NCBI GenBank assembly: GCA_951406725.2
Contig: OX597828.1
Coordinates: 10,912,001 to 10,976,000, forward strand
Reading direction: 5' to 3'
DNA length: 64,000 nucleotides
Source: Octopus vulgaris
Lineage: Eukaryota
The notes below the pieces were generated by a model, which ran no database searches, had not been told where the DNA came from, and saw nothing but the letters and a program-made list of their open reading frames with translations. Below, in pieces: positions 12,829-27,169 of the stretch. Made by a program: the position numbers and the translations under genes. How positions within the stretch are numbered: the stretch's first letter is position 1; each line of letters opens with the position of its first letter.

Positions 12829-12911
<83 letters not shown>

Positions 12912-12922
12912 TTATATATATA
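12680..12922. repeat. (TA)n/(CA)n compound microsatellite
   Basis: Direct reading. Confidence 0.95.
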
Positions 12923-12934
12923 TTCTCTCGTAAG

Positions 12935-12993
12935 CTCAACTGAAGAAGAACGAACCCTTATGTGGTTAATTCCGAAATTGATTCAATATTGAG
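12935..12993 (+). ncRNA. Minimal type I hammerhead ribozyme motif
   Basis: ctcaa-CTGAAGA-agaacgaacc...ggttaattcc-GAAA-ttga-t-tca-ATA^-ttgag. Perfect 5-bp stem I, near-palindromic stem III, mismatched stem II. Confidence 0.78.
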
Positions 12994-13154
12994 ATAACGA
13001 AATTTAAATGTTCTAAAGGTTTAGTTGCACGAATTTCAGTTCAACTTTCTGTAACAAGTAGATTAAATGTGGAATATCAGTATATTGACTTTAGAATAAT
13101 CTTCTTTAGCCCTTGCTTATAAGATACATATGTATATATATATACATATATATG

Positions 13155-13225
<71 letters not shown>

Positions 13226-13230
<5 letters not shown>

Positions 13231-13435
13231 ATCCAAACAAGAAAACACAAAAGCAAAAAAAAACACAACAACGCGAGGACGTGGAAAAAATAAAGTATTA
13301 TTGGACGCTCAGGAAAGAACGGAAGAAGGAGGGTTTAACGTTTCGAGCGGAGCTCTTCGTCGGAAACATAGGAGAAGGAAAGATCCCGAGAAGGGAAGAC
13401 AGAGGGAAAAAAATCGCCAGTGGTACTCACGAGGT

Positions 13436-13440
<5 letters not shown>
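13226..13440 (-). mobile_element. ~215-bp element between (TA)n tracts with minimal hammerhead (Penelope-like pLTR-type)
   Basis: 13333-13367(-) reads gttt-CCGACGA-agagc-tcc-gctc-GAAAC-GTT^-aaac. Same family as 2521-2724. Confidence 0.75.
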
Positions 13441-13492
<52 letters not shown>

Positions 13493-14233
13493 TCATCAAG
13501 AGGCAAAGCAACAAGTATCAGGCTAGATTACAATACTTATATCTTGAAACACGATGTTACATGAGTATAGATCATAAGAAGGAAGGAAGAAATTCGGTGT
13601 GCAGAAAGACTCTTACAGATGTTTGAAGAACATTAATTGTATGTGCCTATTACTTTAGCTCATTAGATGTATTATAGCTCTTTGTTGCTCTCCTCTCTCT
13701 CTCTCTCACTACATATATATACACATCTAGAAGCTGTAAGATATGTATATACATATTTAAATATATATATTTGTATGTGTGTGTGTGTGTGTGTGTGTGT
13801 CTCTGTGTGTGTGTGTATTGTGTCTGTGTGTGTAATCGAAACTCCCTAATATATCTTCAGGCGTTCTTAACCTTAAGCCTTTAAATTTCATAATTTTGAG
13901 ATGCTTCAATTTTTTTTACATGAATATGGTGCGTGCTCGCGTATTTGTACGTGTGTGAATGTAAGTCTTTGAAAAAGAGAGAGAGAGATACATACATACA
14001 GACAGACAGTCAGATGGAAGCAAAAAGAGACAGAATGAGAGAGAGTGATACTATTAAACAATACTTAAATACATGGATACATGCAAATATATATTGTTAC
14101 CAAAATAAGCTCTTCGACTTATAAATGTATTCAATATTGTGCCTAAATTCCACTCTACTCTGTTTCCTCCAAATTCTTTAAAACCAATTTTGGGGTCCTA
14201 AATCTTTAAATGGTGCACTGCACTCAAAAGTTT

Positions 14234-14520
<287 letters not shown>

Positions 14521-15221
14521 CGTGTGCCTGCGTGTTTATGTGTGGTTCATTTATTTATGGATGTTTGTACAAGGGTACTTGAATATTCACCTGTCTTGTG
14601 GACTTTCTAAGATACACGTTCATATTTGTTAGTGAAAGAATCTCTGCAAATGCATAGATATACGACTTTCCCACTTGACTATAACCGTCTCTGTGTATAC
14701 ACCAGACATATTCATACACATGCGTGTTTGTATGCATGTGCAGGTGAATAAGATTGGATATGCTGGTGTGAGTACATATGTTCTTATATATATGAATGTA
14801 CGTATATATATACATGTCTCTGAATTTATCTAAATACATGATGTAATAATGTGTACTTGAGTGTTCTATTCGTTTAATTTACCATTCACATGCCTGTGGC
14901 GATAGTTGAATTACAATGAAGAACCAGATGTCCTCCAGGTAAATTACAAGCACAGTACAGCAGTGAAATTCCGTTTGTGAATCATGGAATACATTTTTTT
15001 TACTAAAAACAAGGAAATCAGAAATAACTGTAATAAAATTAAACAGTGAAAATAAAATTCCATCGCTTCATTTACACGTTTTTGAAAAAATGTAATTTGT
15101 TTCGTTATATACACTGATTGTTATGGATGGTTTCAAATCGATGGAGCAGCGTACCAAAACGTCTTCTGCGTAGTAGCGTTTCATATTAAAAATGGCAGTC
15201 ATTTAAACTTCAAATCACACT

Positions 15222-15261
<40 letters not shown>

Positions 15262-15653
15262 TTAATTTTGTTTTTTTTTTAGAAAAGTAAAGGTTACATT
15301 GTATAAATAAAGTTCTTTCCGTTGTCATTCCTCATAATAGAAATAATAACCAAATTATCACGATAAAATTATTCTCAATTCACAGCCTAAGTTCTTATAA
15401 AAAGTAATTACATTTACACAGAATAATCTTCAACTTGGTTGCACGATATACAAGAAATAGCAGCTAAATGGGCCTCACATTACTCGGTAATTTAATAAGT
15501 AAAAGAAGGAAAGCTTTATATGTTGCATCTGTTATAAACTCAGGCGTTGATCATGAGTGGAACGTTCATTACTTCCTTTATCATAGATGACGCGTGATTT
15601 GAGGTCAAACAACATTTAATAACTTATAATGCACATTTACGCATTTTAATAAA

Positions 15654-16496
15654 CGAGAGGAAGTCAAATATTATCCACACTTTTGCCACAACATATCTTT
15701 ATTATTGCGACACTGCCTTCAGCGCATGCTTGCTTATAGTTGGTACGATTGTGGTCATGTGATCGAAGTTTGAGCCTGACTGCGCCTATTTTTCTTCCTG
15801 GGTTTACAATGTAACCATGGTGGCTCTAGTAGCAATGTGCACCAAAGAAGAACAAAGAGCAATGATCTTATTTCTCTGATCGGAAGATGTGTCACAGGAG
15901 ATGAAACGTGGGTCCATCATGCTGAGGCAGAATTCAAGACAGAGTATAGAGCGAAAATGTCCTGGCTCGCCAGAGACAAAGAGATTCAAGACCCAGTCTT
16001 CCGTGGGAAAGGTGATGCTAACCCTTTTTTGGGAGACTGTACGATCAAACAGTGCAAGATACAGTGCATTGCTGTCCAACAAACTGAAGGCAGCAATTCG
16101 CACCAAATGCCGAAGCCTATTGTCGAAGAAAGTTTTGTTATTGCATAACAATGCACGCCCATACACAGTCGCCCACACCGTTAAAACCATTAACTAATTG
16201 AATTTTAGATGCTAGAACACGGTCCAGTTCTCGCCCCTTCCGATTATCATCGTTGAAATACTCAAAGATGATTTACTAGGTCGTCGATTTCCTACGGATG
16301 AAGATGTGAAGGAACCAGTGCATAAATGGTTGCATGTGCAACCGAAAACCTCTTTCTTTGAGGGAATACGCAAGCTTGTGGAGCACTGGAAAAAGAAGGA
16401 GACTATTTAGGAAAGTAACGTACTTGTTTATCTCCTGATTTTGTATGAATACACTGAAAAAAATCAAGAACGCCTACAATCTTTGACTCCCCTTCG
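15654..16496 (+). pseudogene. Internally deleted mariner element with transposase remnants
   Basis: Motifs across frames: VTGDETWVHH, KTQSSVGKVMLTLFW, LLHNNARPYT (LHDNARPH), PVLAPSDYH (SPDLAPSDY), GIRKLVEHWKK. Imperfect TIRs cgagaggaagtcaaa.../tttgactccccttcg-TA. Confidence 0.9.
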
Positions 16497-17733
16497 TATA
16501 TTCAGACACGGTTGGGATTGAATTTCCCGCTGATCCCAACGCCTGGGTTCGAAAAGATAAATATCAGTCAAGTACTTGAGATGTTTTAATTTAATGTACC
16601 CTTCCCGGGAATATGCGGTCCGTACTAATGTTAAAAATACACATAGAATATATTTATACTTTAGATGCTTCCTTAGTCGTTAATTCGTTGTATAACCGTT
16701 ATAAGTATGGTTTACGTAACAAAACTTATCAGCAAATGGTTTATACGCTAATATAAACTATATTACAAAATGGTTTATATATCGTTATAGACCCTCTATC
16801 TAACATAATGTTTATAATATACTAACATACAATGTATTGCTATTATGCTGTATATAATATACTAATAAACGGCATATTATAAATAGGATGTATATTTATA
16901 TACTTTTAGATGTATGTTGAATGATTCTGATGTATGAATATTACTTAGCAAAAGAAATTTATAATTGTAATTTCAAATATCATTGTAGTTGCTCTTAATG
17001 TATTTGTTTTGTTTTTTTTACTTGACCAAAAAGAAGCTATGTTTTAAAGATGTTTAAATGTGATTTGGTCATTTTGCTTCAGCGGATATAATTGTAAAGC
17101 ATTGCTTAACTGAGGTAATCTCACAGAGTCCTTTCGATTTCGCCAAAAACTAAGGAACCAACACCACATAAGACAATAAAAAAATGTATTACTTTATACT
17201 AGATATTATACCTATTATTTTAAAACAGCAACGTTTGGAGTCGTTTCTTCTGACACCATTTAATAAAGGTTTTTTTTCTATGAAACTTGTTAATGAGCTG
17301 ACAGAAATCATCGGGCTGGAAAGACTTTTTTGGTGGAATGTGACTTTGCAGGTTTGAAGTGAACATATCGTTCTTTTATACGAGATCTTTAACGCTTTCA
17401 TCTCATAAGACTTTGAATTAGTTTGTTGTTTTCGAAGATATTTATTCATCCTGCACTACACTAGGTGAAAATATATAATCAGTTAAGCCATCTTCATGGG
17501 TAATCGACGTGGTAGAAATAGGTAGCAAATCTAACAAATATCAACCGAATCTCAAATTCCAACCTTCATTAAAAAAAAATGAAAATAAACATTAGCTAAT
17601 GAGGTTCTAGATTCGCTAAGTGTAAAACAAAAATGCGGATGAACACGGTTGGAGGGGCTTTGATCATAGATTCGCTTGACGAGGACTGACATAGAGTTAT
17701 ATTATAATGATTAAAACAACATTAACAGATCTG

Positions 17734-18157
17734 GGATCTTTTAGGTTTGAACGGCAGCTTTTAACATAATTTCTTGGTAACTAAAAATTTTTAACTTCGT
17801 ATACTGGTAGAATGTGTTTATAAAACATCTTTTTCTCTTGGCTTTATTGAGAAGATTCAATAGTTTGTAAGATATTTGTTGTTTTTTCTTCAGTTTCTGC
17901 AATTTCAACCAATCACTGACGTCCATTGAGTTAAAAAACATTCCGTGCCGTATGAATATGTCCCTCGTTTAAGAAACAGATTGGGTTTATTTACATTTGT
18001 GAAGAAAAAAAATATACCCTTCCCCCCACCCCTAACCCCAACTAACCCTAACCCTAAAATAGATTGAAATGCAATAGATCGATACTAGGGTCATAATTAT
18101 GGATGACAATTTCATATGACACCGCTAGAAAAACTGCCGTTCAAACCGAAAAGATCC
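17734..18157 (-). mobile_element. TTAGGG-containing MITE
   Basis: TIRs present; flanks cagatctg/caggtctg. Confidence 0.93.
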
Positions 18158-18505
18158 CAGGTCTGTTTTACAAACTCTCGAACTATCTATATCATCCTCT
18201 CTAAAAAGTCATGAGTGCTTCTCCAAACGGAATCCTCCCCTTAGACCTAGGCCCTTGTGTTTAATGCCCTTCCCCCGCACCACATCTGGGCTCTTAGGAA
18301 AAAATAAATAGATGGATATATAATTCAACAGTAACGAAAACAGGCAAACTAATGGAAAGAATCGGCTGCATCTTTTTCAATGTACTTTGCTCATTACTGC
18401 TTTCCTGGGAATCCAGCACAGAGGACCTATGACTTATACCAAGCTGGTGGGAATACGGCGTGACAGGGTCAACTTTAAATTGTTTCTAATTTTGGTACCA
18501 GTTCA

Positions 18506-18947
18506 GGATCTTTTCGGTTTGAACGGCAGTTTTTTCTAGCGGTGTCATATGAAATTATCACCCATAATTATGACCCTATTATCGATCTAGTGCATTTCAA
18601 TCTGTTTTAGCGTTAGAGTTAGTTAGGATTAGGGTTAGGGTTAGGGTTAGTGGTGGGGGAAGGGTATCTTTTTTTCTTCACAAATGTAAATAAACCCCAT
18701 CTGTTTCTTAAACGAGGGACATATTCATACGGCACAGAATGTTTTTACCTCAATAGATGTCATTGATTGGTTGAAATTGCAGAAATTGAAGAAAAAAGTA
18801 ACAAATTTCTTACAAACTATAGAATTTTCTCAATAAAGCCAAGAGAAAAAGATGTTTTATAAACACATTCTACCAGTATACGAAGTTTAACATTTTTTAG
18901 TTACCTAGAAATTATGCTAAAAACTGCCTGTCAAACCGAAAAGATCC
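18506..18947 (+). mobile_element. TTAGGG-containing MITE
   Basis: TIRs present; flanks ccagttca/ccaattca; longer TTAGGG tract at ~18607-18650. Confidence 0.93.
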
Positions 18948-20139
18948 CCAATTCATTTTTTAAATTACTCGATACCATCAAACACTGTACTTCAATATTG
19001 ATTTGCTTTATTGACCCACAAATGTTGAAAGGCAAAGTTACCTCACTATGATTTGAACTCAAAAACTAAGGAATTTGAAGAAATTCTACAAAACGTCTCA
19101 TGCATTAATGTTTCTACAAATCCAACACCTTTAACTCAGGTATACATGAGACACTATAAACAGTGTTGCTCTTCCATGCTTTACATTAATCGTTATTGTT
19201 TTTAATTTACCTGCAAATCGTGAGTTCAAATTAACATGCGTTTCGTTATGTTTATAGACAAGATATTTTAATGTTACATTGCTTCACTAAACGTATATTC
19301 CCAGAGAAACGGGGCACAGGTTATATATGCTGTAAATGTTACCTTTCCATAAAGTGAGGCTGAGTTCAACAAAGATGGATCTTCGTCATCCACTTAACGC
19401 CCCACGAGCATAGTTAAATACGCGCCATTTTGCGCCCCTTGGCAATTCTGCTGGCATTTATGTATCAATACATATCGTAGAAATAGTTGTTCGTAGGAAT
19501 AACGCACGCTACGAAAAGAAAATACCTCTAAACATAAGAATCGAAATTGCCGAGAGCAATTACACTTAATGGAATTTTATAACTCTATGAGGAAATATTT
19601 TTTCAAAATTACTCTAACGAAATATGTTTATTTTAATGAAGAATTAGTCAGGTATGTTGTTAAACGTAGACCAACATACAGGTAATTCTTCCCTTAATTG
19701 CCCCTCAGCATTTAATATAAAGACAGAATTTATAATTTTCGTTGTTTGTAAAAGTACAGCAACTCCCAATTTCATAAACATTTCATTTCAAATATCCAAT
19801 ATAAATCCATATTCAGAAAACGCATCCAGTTATTAAAAAAGAGAAATTTAAAAGATAGAAATATTTTTTATTTACTTTTGGAATATTTTAGTTGCTTGAA
19901 GCATCGCTAGTTACATATAAACAGAAATGGAAGTAATAATTTAGAAAAAAAATAATTTAACATTAAATTATTTTTCCAATGTTTATATTTTTTTGTTTAA
20001 TTAATGAGCTCATGACGCACAGATAAAATATCTGTGGCTGTTTAGAGGAAAAATGATTCGTATTTTCAACCTCATGGTTCATAGTTCGTGTCCTGTCAAA
20101 CTCGTATTAAGTTGCAGCCCATCAAACCACTTACACTTT

Positions 20140-20300
20140 ATTACTTTAAAGAAGTCATATGAGGTACAGTATAAGGCAGCAATTGAGCAAGACTCATGGA
20201 TAACTAACGAGCATTTTTGTAAAAAGAAAGTTACTGTTTCAAGTTCTTTAAAAAAAATGGAGTGAAAGCTTGGAAAATGATGATCTCCACTATGCTCGAC
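20140..20300 (+). pseudogene. Possible highly decayed mariner transposase fragment
   Basis: YKAAIEQDSWIT...VSSSLKKME*KLGK** loosely resembles the second HTH to WVPHEL region of mariner. Confidence 0.3.
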
Positions 20301-20491
20301 AACCTTGTCATCGTACAAGGTGATTAACATTCCATTTGATAATTCAGATACTGAACAGTTTATGCAGGGAATATTATCCATGAAAAGGGGAAAACTTCGA
20401 AGATCAGATATAAGGTTCTTGAAAGCTACGTACGTAAACTGGTTTCTATTCCTCTCTATAATTTAGTTACTTCCCATTATATCATTTATGG

Positions 20492-20740
20492 TGGAGGCGC
20501 GTGGCTTAGTGGTTAGGATGTTAGCAACATGATCGTAAGATTGTGGTTTCGTTCCTGGACCGGGTGACACGTTGTGTTCTTGAGCAAAACACTTCATTTC
20601 ACATTGCTCCAGTCCACTCAGCTGGCAAAAATGAGAAACACTGCGATGGACTGGCGTCCCGTCCAACTGGGGAACACATACGCCATTAAAACAGGAAAAG
20701 CGGGCCCATGATCCTAGCTAGGCTTTAAAAGGGCGCATTT
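20492..20740 (+). mobile_element. SINE family C head with alternative tail
   Basis: tggaggcgcgtggcttagtggttagg...ttgagcaaaacactt...ccactcagctggcaaaaatgag; tail shared with 26386-26620. Confidence 0.8.
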
Positions 20741-21171
20741 ATTATTTTTTTAATTATTTTTTTTATGCCTTGAGAAATACATACTAGATTTACTGTTCAC
20801 TAACAAGGCGATTCCTATCGATGATACATTTGATTGATTATGTGCATACGTGTATCTGTGTAAAAGTGTGCTTTGTGTGCGTGCGTATATTTGTGTAAAT
20901 TCCTTCTGTAACTGACTAGTCAAAGGTCTGATCACATTGCGTCTTGGGCAAAGGACTCGAACGGACTTTATAGATATTATGAGTAAAGATGGGCAGACAG
21001 AAACTATACAGAAACACGAGGATGGGATTGTACCGATAATTTGAACTGTACACTCTTCTCACACACTGTAATATGCTGGTTTTTCCTAAGGATTTTGCTA
21101 ACAGAAGGCTTCCCCTAACAGTGCTCAACTACTTAAACGTTAACATGAGTCCCACGCAGCTGAAATTTTAT

Positions 21172-21623
21172 ATTGCAGAAGTGGCTGTGTGGCAAGTAGC
21201 TTCCTTACCAACCACATGGTTCTGGGTTCAGTCCCACTGCGTGGAACCTTGGGCAAGTGTCTTCTACTATAGCCTCGGGCCGACCAAAGTATAATGAGTG
21301 GATTTGGTAGACGGAAACTGAAAGAAGCCCGTCGTATATATGTATATATATATATATATGTGTGCGTGTGTATGTGTGTGTCTGTGTGTGTGTGTGTGTG
21401 TGTTGTGTGTGTGTATGTTTGTGTGTCTGTGTTTGTCCAGCCAACATCGCTTGGCAACCGATGTTGGTGTGTTTACGTCCCCGTAACTTCGGGGATAAGA
21501 GACCGACAGAATAAGCACTAGGCTTACAAATAATAAGTCCTGGGGTCGATTTGCTCGACTAAAAGCGCTTCTCCAGCATGGGCGCAGTCAAATAACTGAA
21601 ACAATTAAAAGAGTAAAGAGTAA
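21172..21623 (+). mobile_element. SINE family B, near full length, flanked by a ~100-bp direct repeat
   Basis: Head gtggctgtgtgg, CORE-like ccttgggcaagtgtctt, internal (TA)(TG), tail gagtaaagagta. Confidence 0.9.
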
Positions 21624-22099
21624 CTGTACACCCTTTTCACACACTGTAATATGCTGATTCTACCCAAGAATTATGCTAACAGAACGCTTCCCCTAATAGT
21701 GCTCAACTACTTAAACGTTAACAACAAACTAGCCTGAGAAGTCATTCTTAGCGACAAAATATATGAAAACTTCCCCCAAATCATACGAATTTGTCATTCT
21801 TATAATATTTGCTCACGTGAAACAGCTGCCAAAGAGTGGAAGAGTACAGGAGTGGGCAACAGCGTGTTCTATTTAGTTATAAATCTGGTTGCTTTACTGC
21901 GAGTTTCTTTAGATTTCTTATAAAGTTAATCGAAGGCAGAAATAAGATGGTTTTGACTTTTATCGATGCAGGCAAATTTGATGTTGTCTTTTTGAAAGCC
22001 AACCATAAAATTCGTTTCTTTTCTCTAGTCACACAAGTTTAATATAACATTTCTAGTCATATCCACCATAATAATTCGGACCTTTATAGTGACATATAT

Positions 22100-22524
22100 G
22101 TATCTATGCATTGAAGCGTGTATACCATTATGTACACCATATATATATATATATATTATGTATATAAGCATATAAATATATATGATTATACAAATATACA
22201 CCTATATATGCATATATACATACATATATATATATAAATACATATATATACATATATAATTTATATGCGTGTCTGTATGTGAGTGAGCATATTTGTATAA
22301 TTATACATATATACATGCATATATATAAATATATATATATGTATAAATATACATAATGTATATATACTCATACATATATATATATATATATGGTGTATAT
22401 ACATGTTTATATGCATATGTGTCTGTATATAGATACATTTATATATCTATGTATAAATAGATTTATATATGTATATATATATGTACACACATTTATACAT
22501 ATATATATCTGTATATATACATAC

Positions 22525-22607
<83 letters not shown>

Positions 22608-23457
22608 TGAAATAAAAATGCGTATTTGTTTGTGTGAGTGTGTGAGAGAGAGGGAGATGGGTGTGAGAGAACGTGTATGGACAATTCTTCAAAGTTCAGT
22701 CAGAAACACGGAACCTCTCCTTTGTTGCCCGGTCTTTGCCATTGGTCCAAGGAGTGTGTAGGAGAAACTCTGAGTATTGACTCATACACACTGGCAATTC
22801 AATATAGTTATTTCACTAAGAAGAATGCTATTAAGTACTTTTATCACTTTTACAAACGAACATATCCATAGACAAACATACACACACACACACACACACA
22901 CACATTCACATACATATACATAAATGAGTGTATTTTGTGTGTTTGAATATATAGATGTATATTGTGTGTATGTGTGTGCTTATGTGTGCCTCCACGTGCG
23001 CACGTGTGTGTGTATGTTTACATATACGTATATACAAATATATACCAGTAGACAATTGTATGTATATAAGAATATTTCTATGTAATTGTGTGGGACGGGT
23101 TTGTGGATATGTTTTTGTGAAGTTGTATTTGTTGTGCGGGAGAATACGCGTGTTGATGCTTGTGTGCCTGTCCGTATCCGCGCATGTGTGTATGTGTGCA
23201 CGCAAGGAAATACGACCACGCGTGAGTGTATTTAAGAATCACTTCAGAGAGGATCTATAAAAACATAGCATTAAGTGTTTGCCGTCCATAACTTTAATAG
23301 ATGTCCGAAATGAATGAAAGAAGATACATAAAGTTAGTTCATAGAATCACATACAAAACATGGTCACACACACAGAGGAAACTTGAATGCATTCATTCAT
23401 ACATACACCCACACATACATACACATACACACAGACATTCACACGCACACACACATA

Positions 23458-23495
<38 letters not shown>

Positions 23496-23551
23496 TATAT
23501 ATGCATACGTACATATATATATATGTACATATATATATATATATATATAAT

Positions 23552-23595
<44 letters not shown>

Positions 23596-23912
23596 TACAT
23601 ACATACAACACATATATATATATATATATATGCATATATATGCATACATACATATATATGCTACATGTATATATATGCTATGTATATATTATATATATAG
23701 TACACACACCCAGACACACACACATATATATATTATATATAATAAACACACACTCACACACACGCACATGTATATATATATATATATACTACATATCATA
23801 TATATGATATAAATATGATATATATGCTGTGGAACCATATAGAGAGATGGATAGTGTATAGGTAAATAGATAGCTAGACAGACAGACAGACAGTCGGATA
23901 GATAGATAGATG

Positions 23913-23963
<51 letters not shown>

Positions 23964-24582
23964 GGATAGATAGATAGATGGATAGATAGATAGATAGATA
24001 GATAGATAAATAAACATATATACAGGCAGATGTCTTCTTGTTTATCTGTATGTTTGTATGTACGTATGTATGCATGCATGTATGTATGTACGTATGTATG
24101 CATGCATGTATGTATGTTTATATAGGTTCATTTAATAACATGATCAGACAGATATCCACATAAAATATATAGAGCAAAAGTGGCACATACACCAATTTAC
24201 ATCTGCGGATAACTGCTTATAAACATATTCATTCATTCTCACATTCATAAGTATTAAAAGCAGACAAATGACTCCACATGTCTATTGAAAAGCTCTGAAC
24301 GTGGGGCTCTGAGAAATTCATACACATATTCATGCGCGTCATATGCAAATATGTGCTTCTACACTCATTAAATTCATACATACACGCACAAGATTTTACA
24401 CGGTCATATAGTTACAAATTCACATACATATATTTATACGTATATATATATGTGTGTGTGCGTATATGTATATATATATTCATACATACATACATACATA
24501 CATACATACATACATACATACATACATACATACAATACATACATATATACATACATATATACATACATATATATATATATAT

Positions 24583-24646
<64 letters not shown>

Positions 24647-24795
24647 GAATATGTGCGTATATTCTGTTTGGGAATTGATATATGAATGTGAAAATGTTGG
24701 TATATTATGGTGTACGCAAATATACATGTCTGAACATGTGTGCGGATATGTGAATATACATGTGGACACACACACACACACGCACACGCAGACAC

Positions 24796-24842
<47 letters not shown>

Positions 24843-24872
24843 TAATATATGATATACACACACATATATATG

Positions 24873-24960
<88 letters not shown>
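22100..24960. repeat. Extended compound microsatellite field (TA, CA, GATA, ACAT)
   Basis: Direct reading, with short unique interruptions. Confidence 0.9.
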
Positions 24961-25879
24961 AAGGCATGAATAAAAGAAGCACGCAGGCACATAACATCAC
25001 ACACACATCAACATATGCATATCGTACTCGCCTACAACAACTCACTTTATACACAGGTGTAATGTGGCTTTGAGAATCTAAAACCGATGCTTCAGTGAGC
25101 CGGTATGAACATCCTCTACTGACCATTTTCTTCACCTTTCATTTTGACTCTTCACTTCAACTTTCAAGAAAATATTGCTTTTCCAAACAACCATAAATAC
25201 AGAAGAACAGAAATATAATAGACCTTTTGCATCTGATGTCTGTTTTGATGGTAGCTGACCCTTCAGATCAGCTTATCTGCTAGCCATTCAACATTTATGC
25301 TTTCGCATTAAAAACAGTTTCATGACGACATATATAATACGTACCGTACAGCTCACTGTTCAACTCATCGCGGCAGAGAAATACTAAAACCGACATATTG
25401 TTCAGCTTAGCATTAAGCTATCATAGATTTGATTGTTCTTCTGTTTTCTCTGTGTTGGTTCGTTCTATTATAGCTACTACTGTAACACTAACATCTTTGC
25501 TACACCAAATGCCATTCAGTAATGGCTATAGATGTTTGTAATCGTACAATACATTTTCTTCTCTGTATATATACATATAAATACTTTTGCCGACACCGAA
25601 CACACGCAACCACATTCTATATGTACGTGTATGCGAGTGCGTGTGTACCTGTGTGCCTGATTGCCTGTGTTATGTGTATGTGAGCTAGCATTTGACTGTG
25701 GGTGTCTGAGAAATAGGAGGAGGAGAAAGAGACAGAGATAAAGAGAGAAAGACATCGAAATAGTGGCAGAGACAGAGAGATACTTCATCCAGGTCAACAT
25801 ATGCTGGTATTAGCGGTTTGGTTTTCTGCAAAACCTCATTTTTCGTTGTCACTAGCAAAACAAATTTTACCCCATCCTA

Positions 25880-26073
25880 CTCGTTTACTTGTTTCAGTCA
25901 TTTGACTGCGGACATGCTGGAGCACCGCCTTTTTAGTCGAGCAAATCGACCCCAATACTTATTCTTTGTAAGTCTAGTACTTATTCTATCGGTCTATTTT
26001 GCCAAACCGCTAAGTTACGTGGACGAGGGACAAACACAGACACACAAACATATACACACACCTACACATATAA

Positions 26074-26146
<73 letters not shown>

Positions 26147-26319
26147 TACATATATACGAAAGGCTTCTTTCACTTTCCGTCTACCAAATCCACTCACAAG
26201 GCTTTGGTCGGCCCGAGGCTATAATGAAGACACTTGATGAAGGTGCCACGCAGTGGAACTGAACCCAGAACCACATGGTTGGTAAGCAAGCTACTTACCA
26301 CACAGTCACTCCTACGCCT
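25880..26319 (-). mobile_element. SINE family B
   Basis: Reverse complement of the family B consensus with a short internal deletion. Confidence 0.9.
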
Positions 26320-26385
26320 AGCATAAATTCGAACAGCAGCTATTTAGTTCTCGATTTCTTCACATTGTATATAGATTAATTACTG

Positions 26386-26620
26386 TGGAGGTGCGTAGCT
26401 TAATGGTTAGTGTGTTGGACTCATAATAGTCAGATTGTGGTTTTGATTCCTGGACCGAGCGATGCGTTGTGTTCTTCAGCAAAGCATTTCCTTTCACGTT
26501 GATCCAGTCCATCCAAATGGCAAAAGTGAGTAAACCTGCGACGGACCGGTGTCCCGTCCATGTGGGGAATTTACACGGTATGAAACCGGGAAACGGCCCT
26601 TCTTTGGCCGGGAAAAGCAG
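26386..26620 (+). mobile_element. SINE family C (diverged)
   Basis: ggaggtgcgtagcttaatggttag head, homologous to 20492-20740. Confidence 0.7.
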
Positions 26621-27082
26621 GCAGATTCCCTCTGTCTGATGATTATGGAGAAAGATGTTGTGTGATACACGAAACTAAAAGTATTGAAGCAGTTATTTTC
26701 TTCTTCAGTCACGCCCTCTTCGACTTAAATTTCTATTGAAAAGGAAGGTGAGTGAAGTCGGGCAGGTTTTGGTCCTGAGTAACTTTATTGCAAATGGATG
26801 AACCCGTGTAATAGGTTTTACTTTAAGTTGGTGCCTACAGAATAGAGAAAATGCAAGAGAAAAGGTGCCTTCCTGTAATGCCTTAGACAGTGTGGTGATC
26901 GAGGATCGGCGGTGTTCTTTCTTACTCCTGGGTGGTATCTCTTCTTACAGAGAATTTTGTTAACAATGTTCTAGTTATTTTTTTTTTGTTGTTTTTGAAG
27001 TGTTTATGTAAATCTCCACAGTCATTTCTCTTTGTATTCCCCTAAATGAATTTTTGTGCCCTTGTGACGAATGTAGAAATTA

Positions 27083-27112
27083 TTGTTGTTGTTATTATTA
27101 TTATTATTATTA

Positions 27113-27168
<56 letters not shown>
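27083..27168. repeat. (ATT)n
   Basis: Direct reading. Confidence 0.97.
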
Positions 27169-27169
<1 letters not shown>

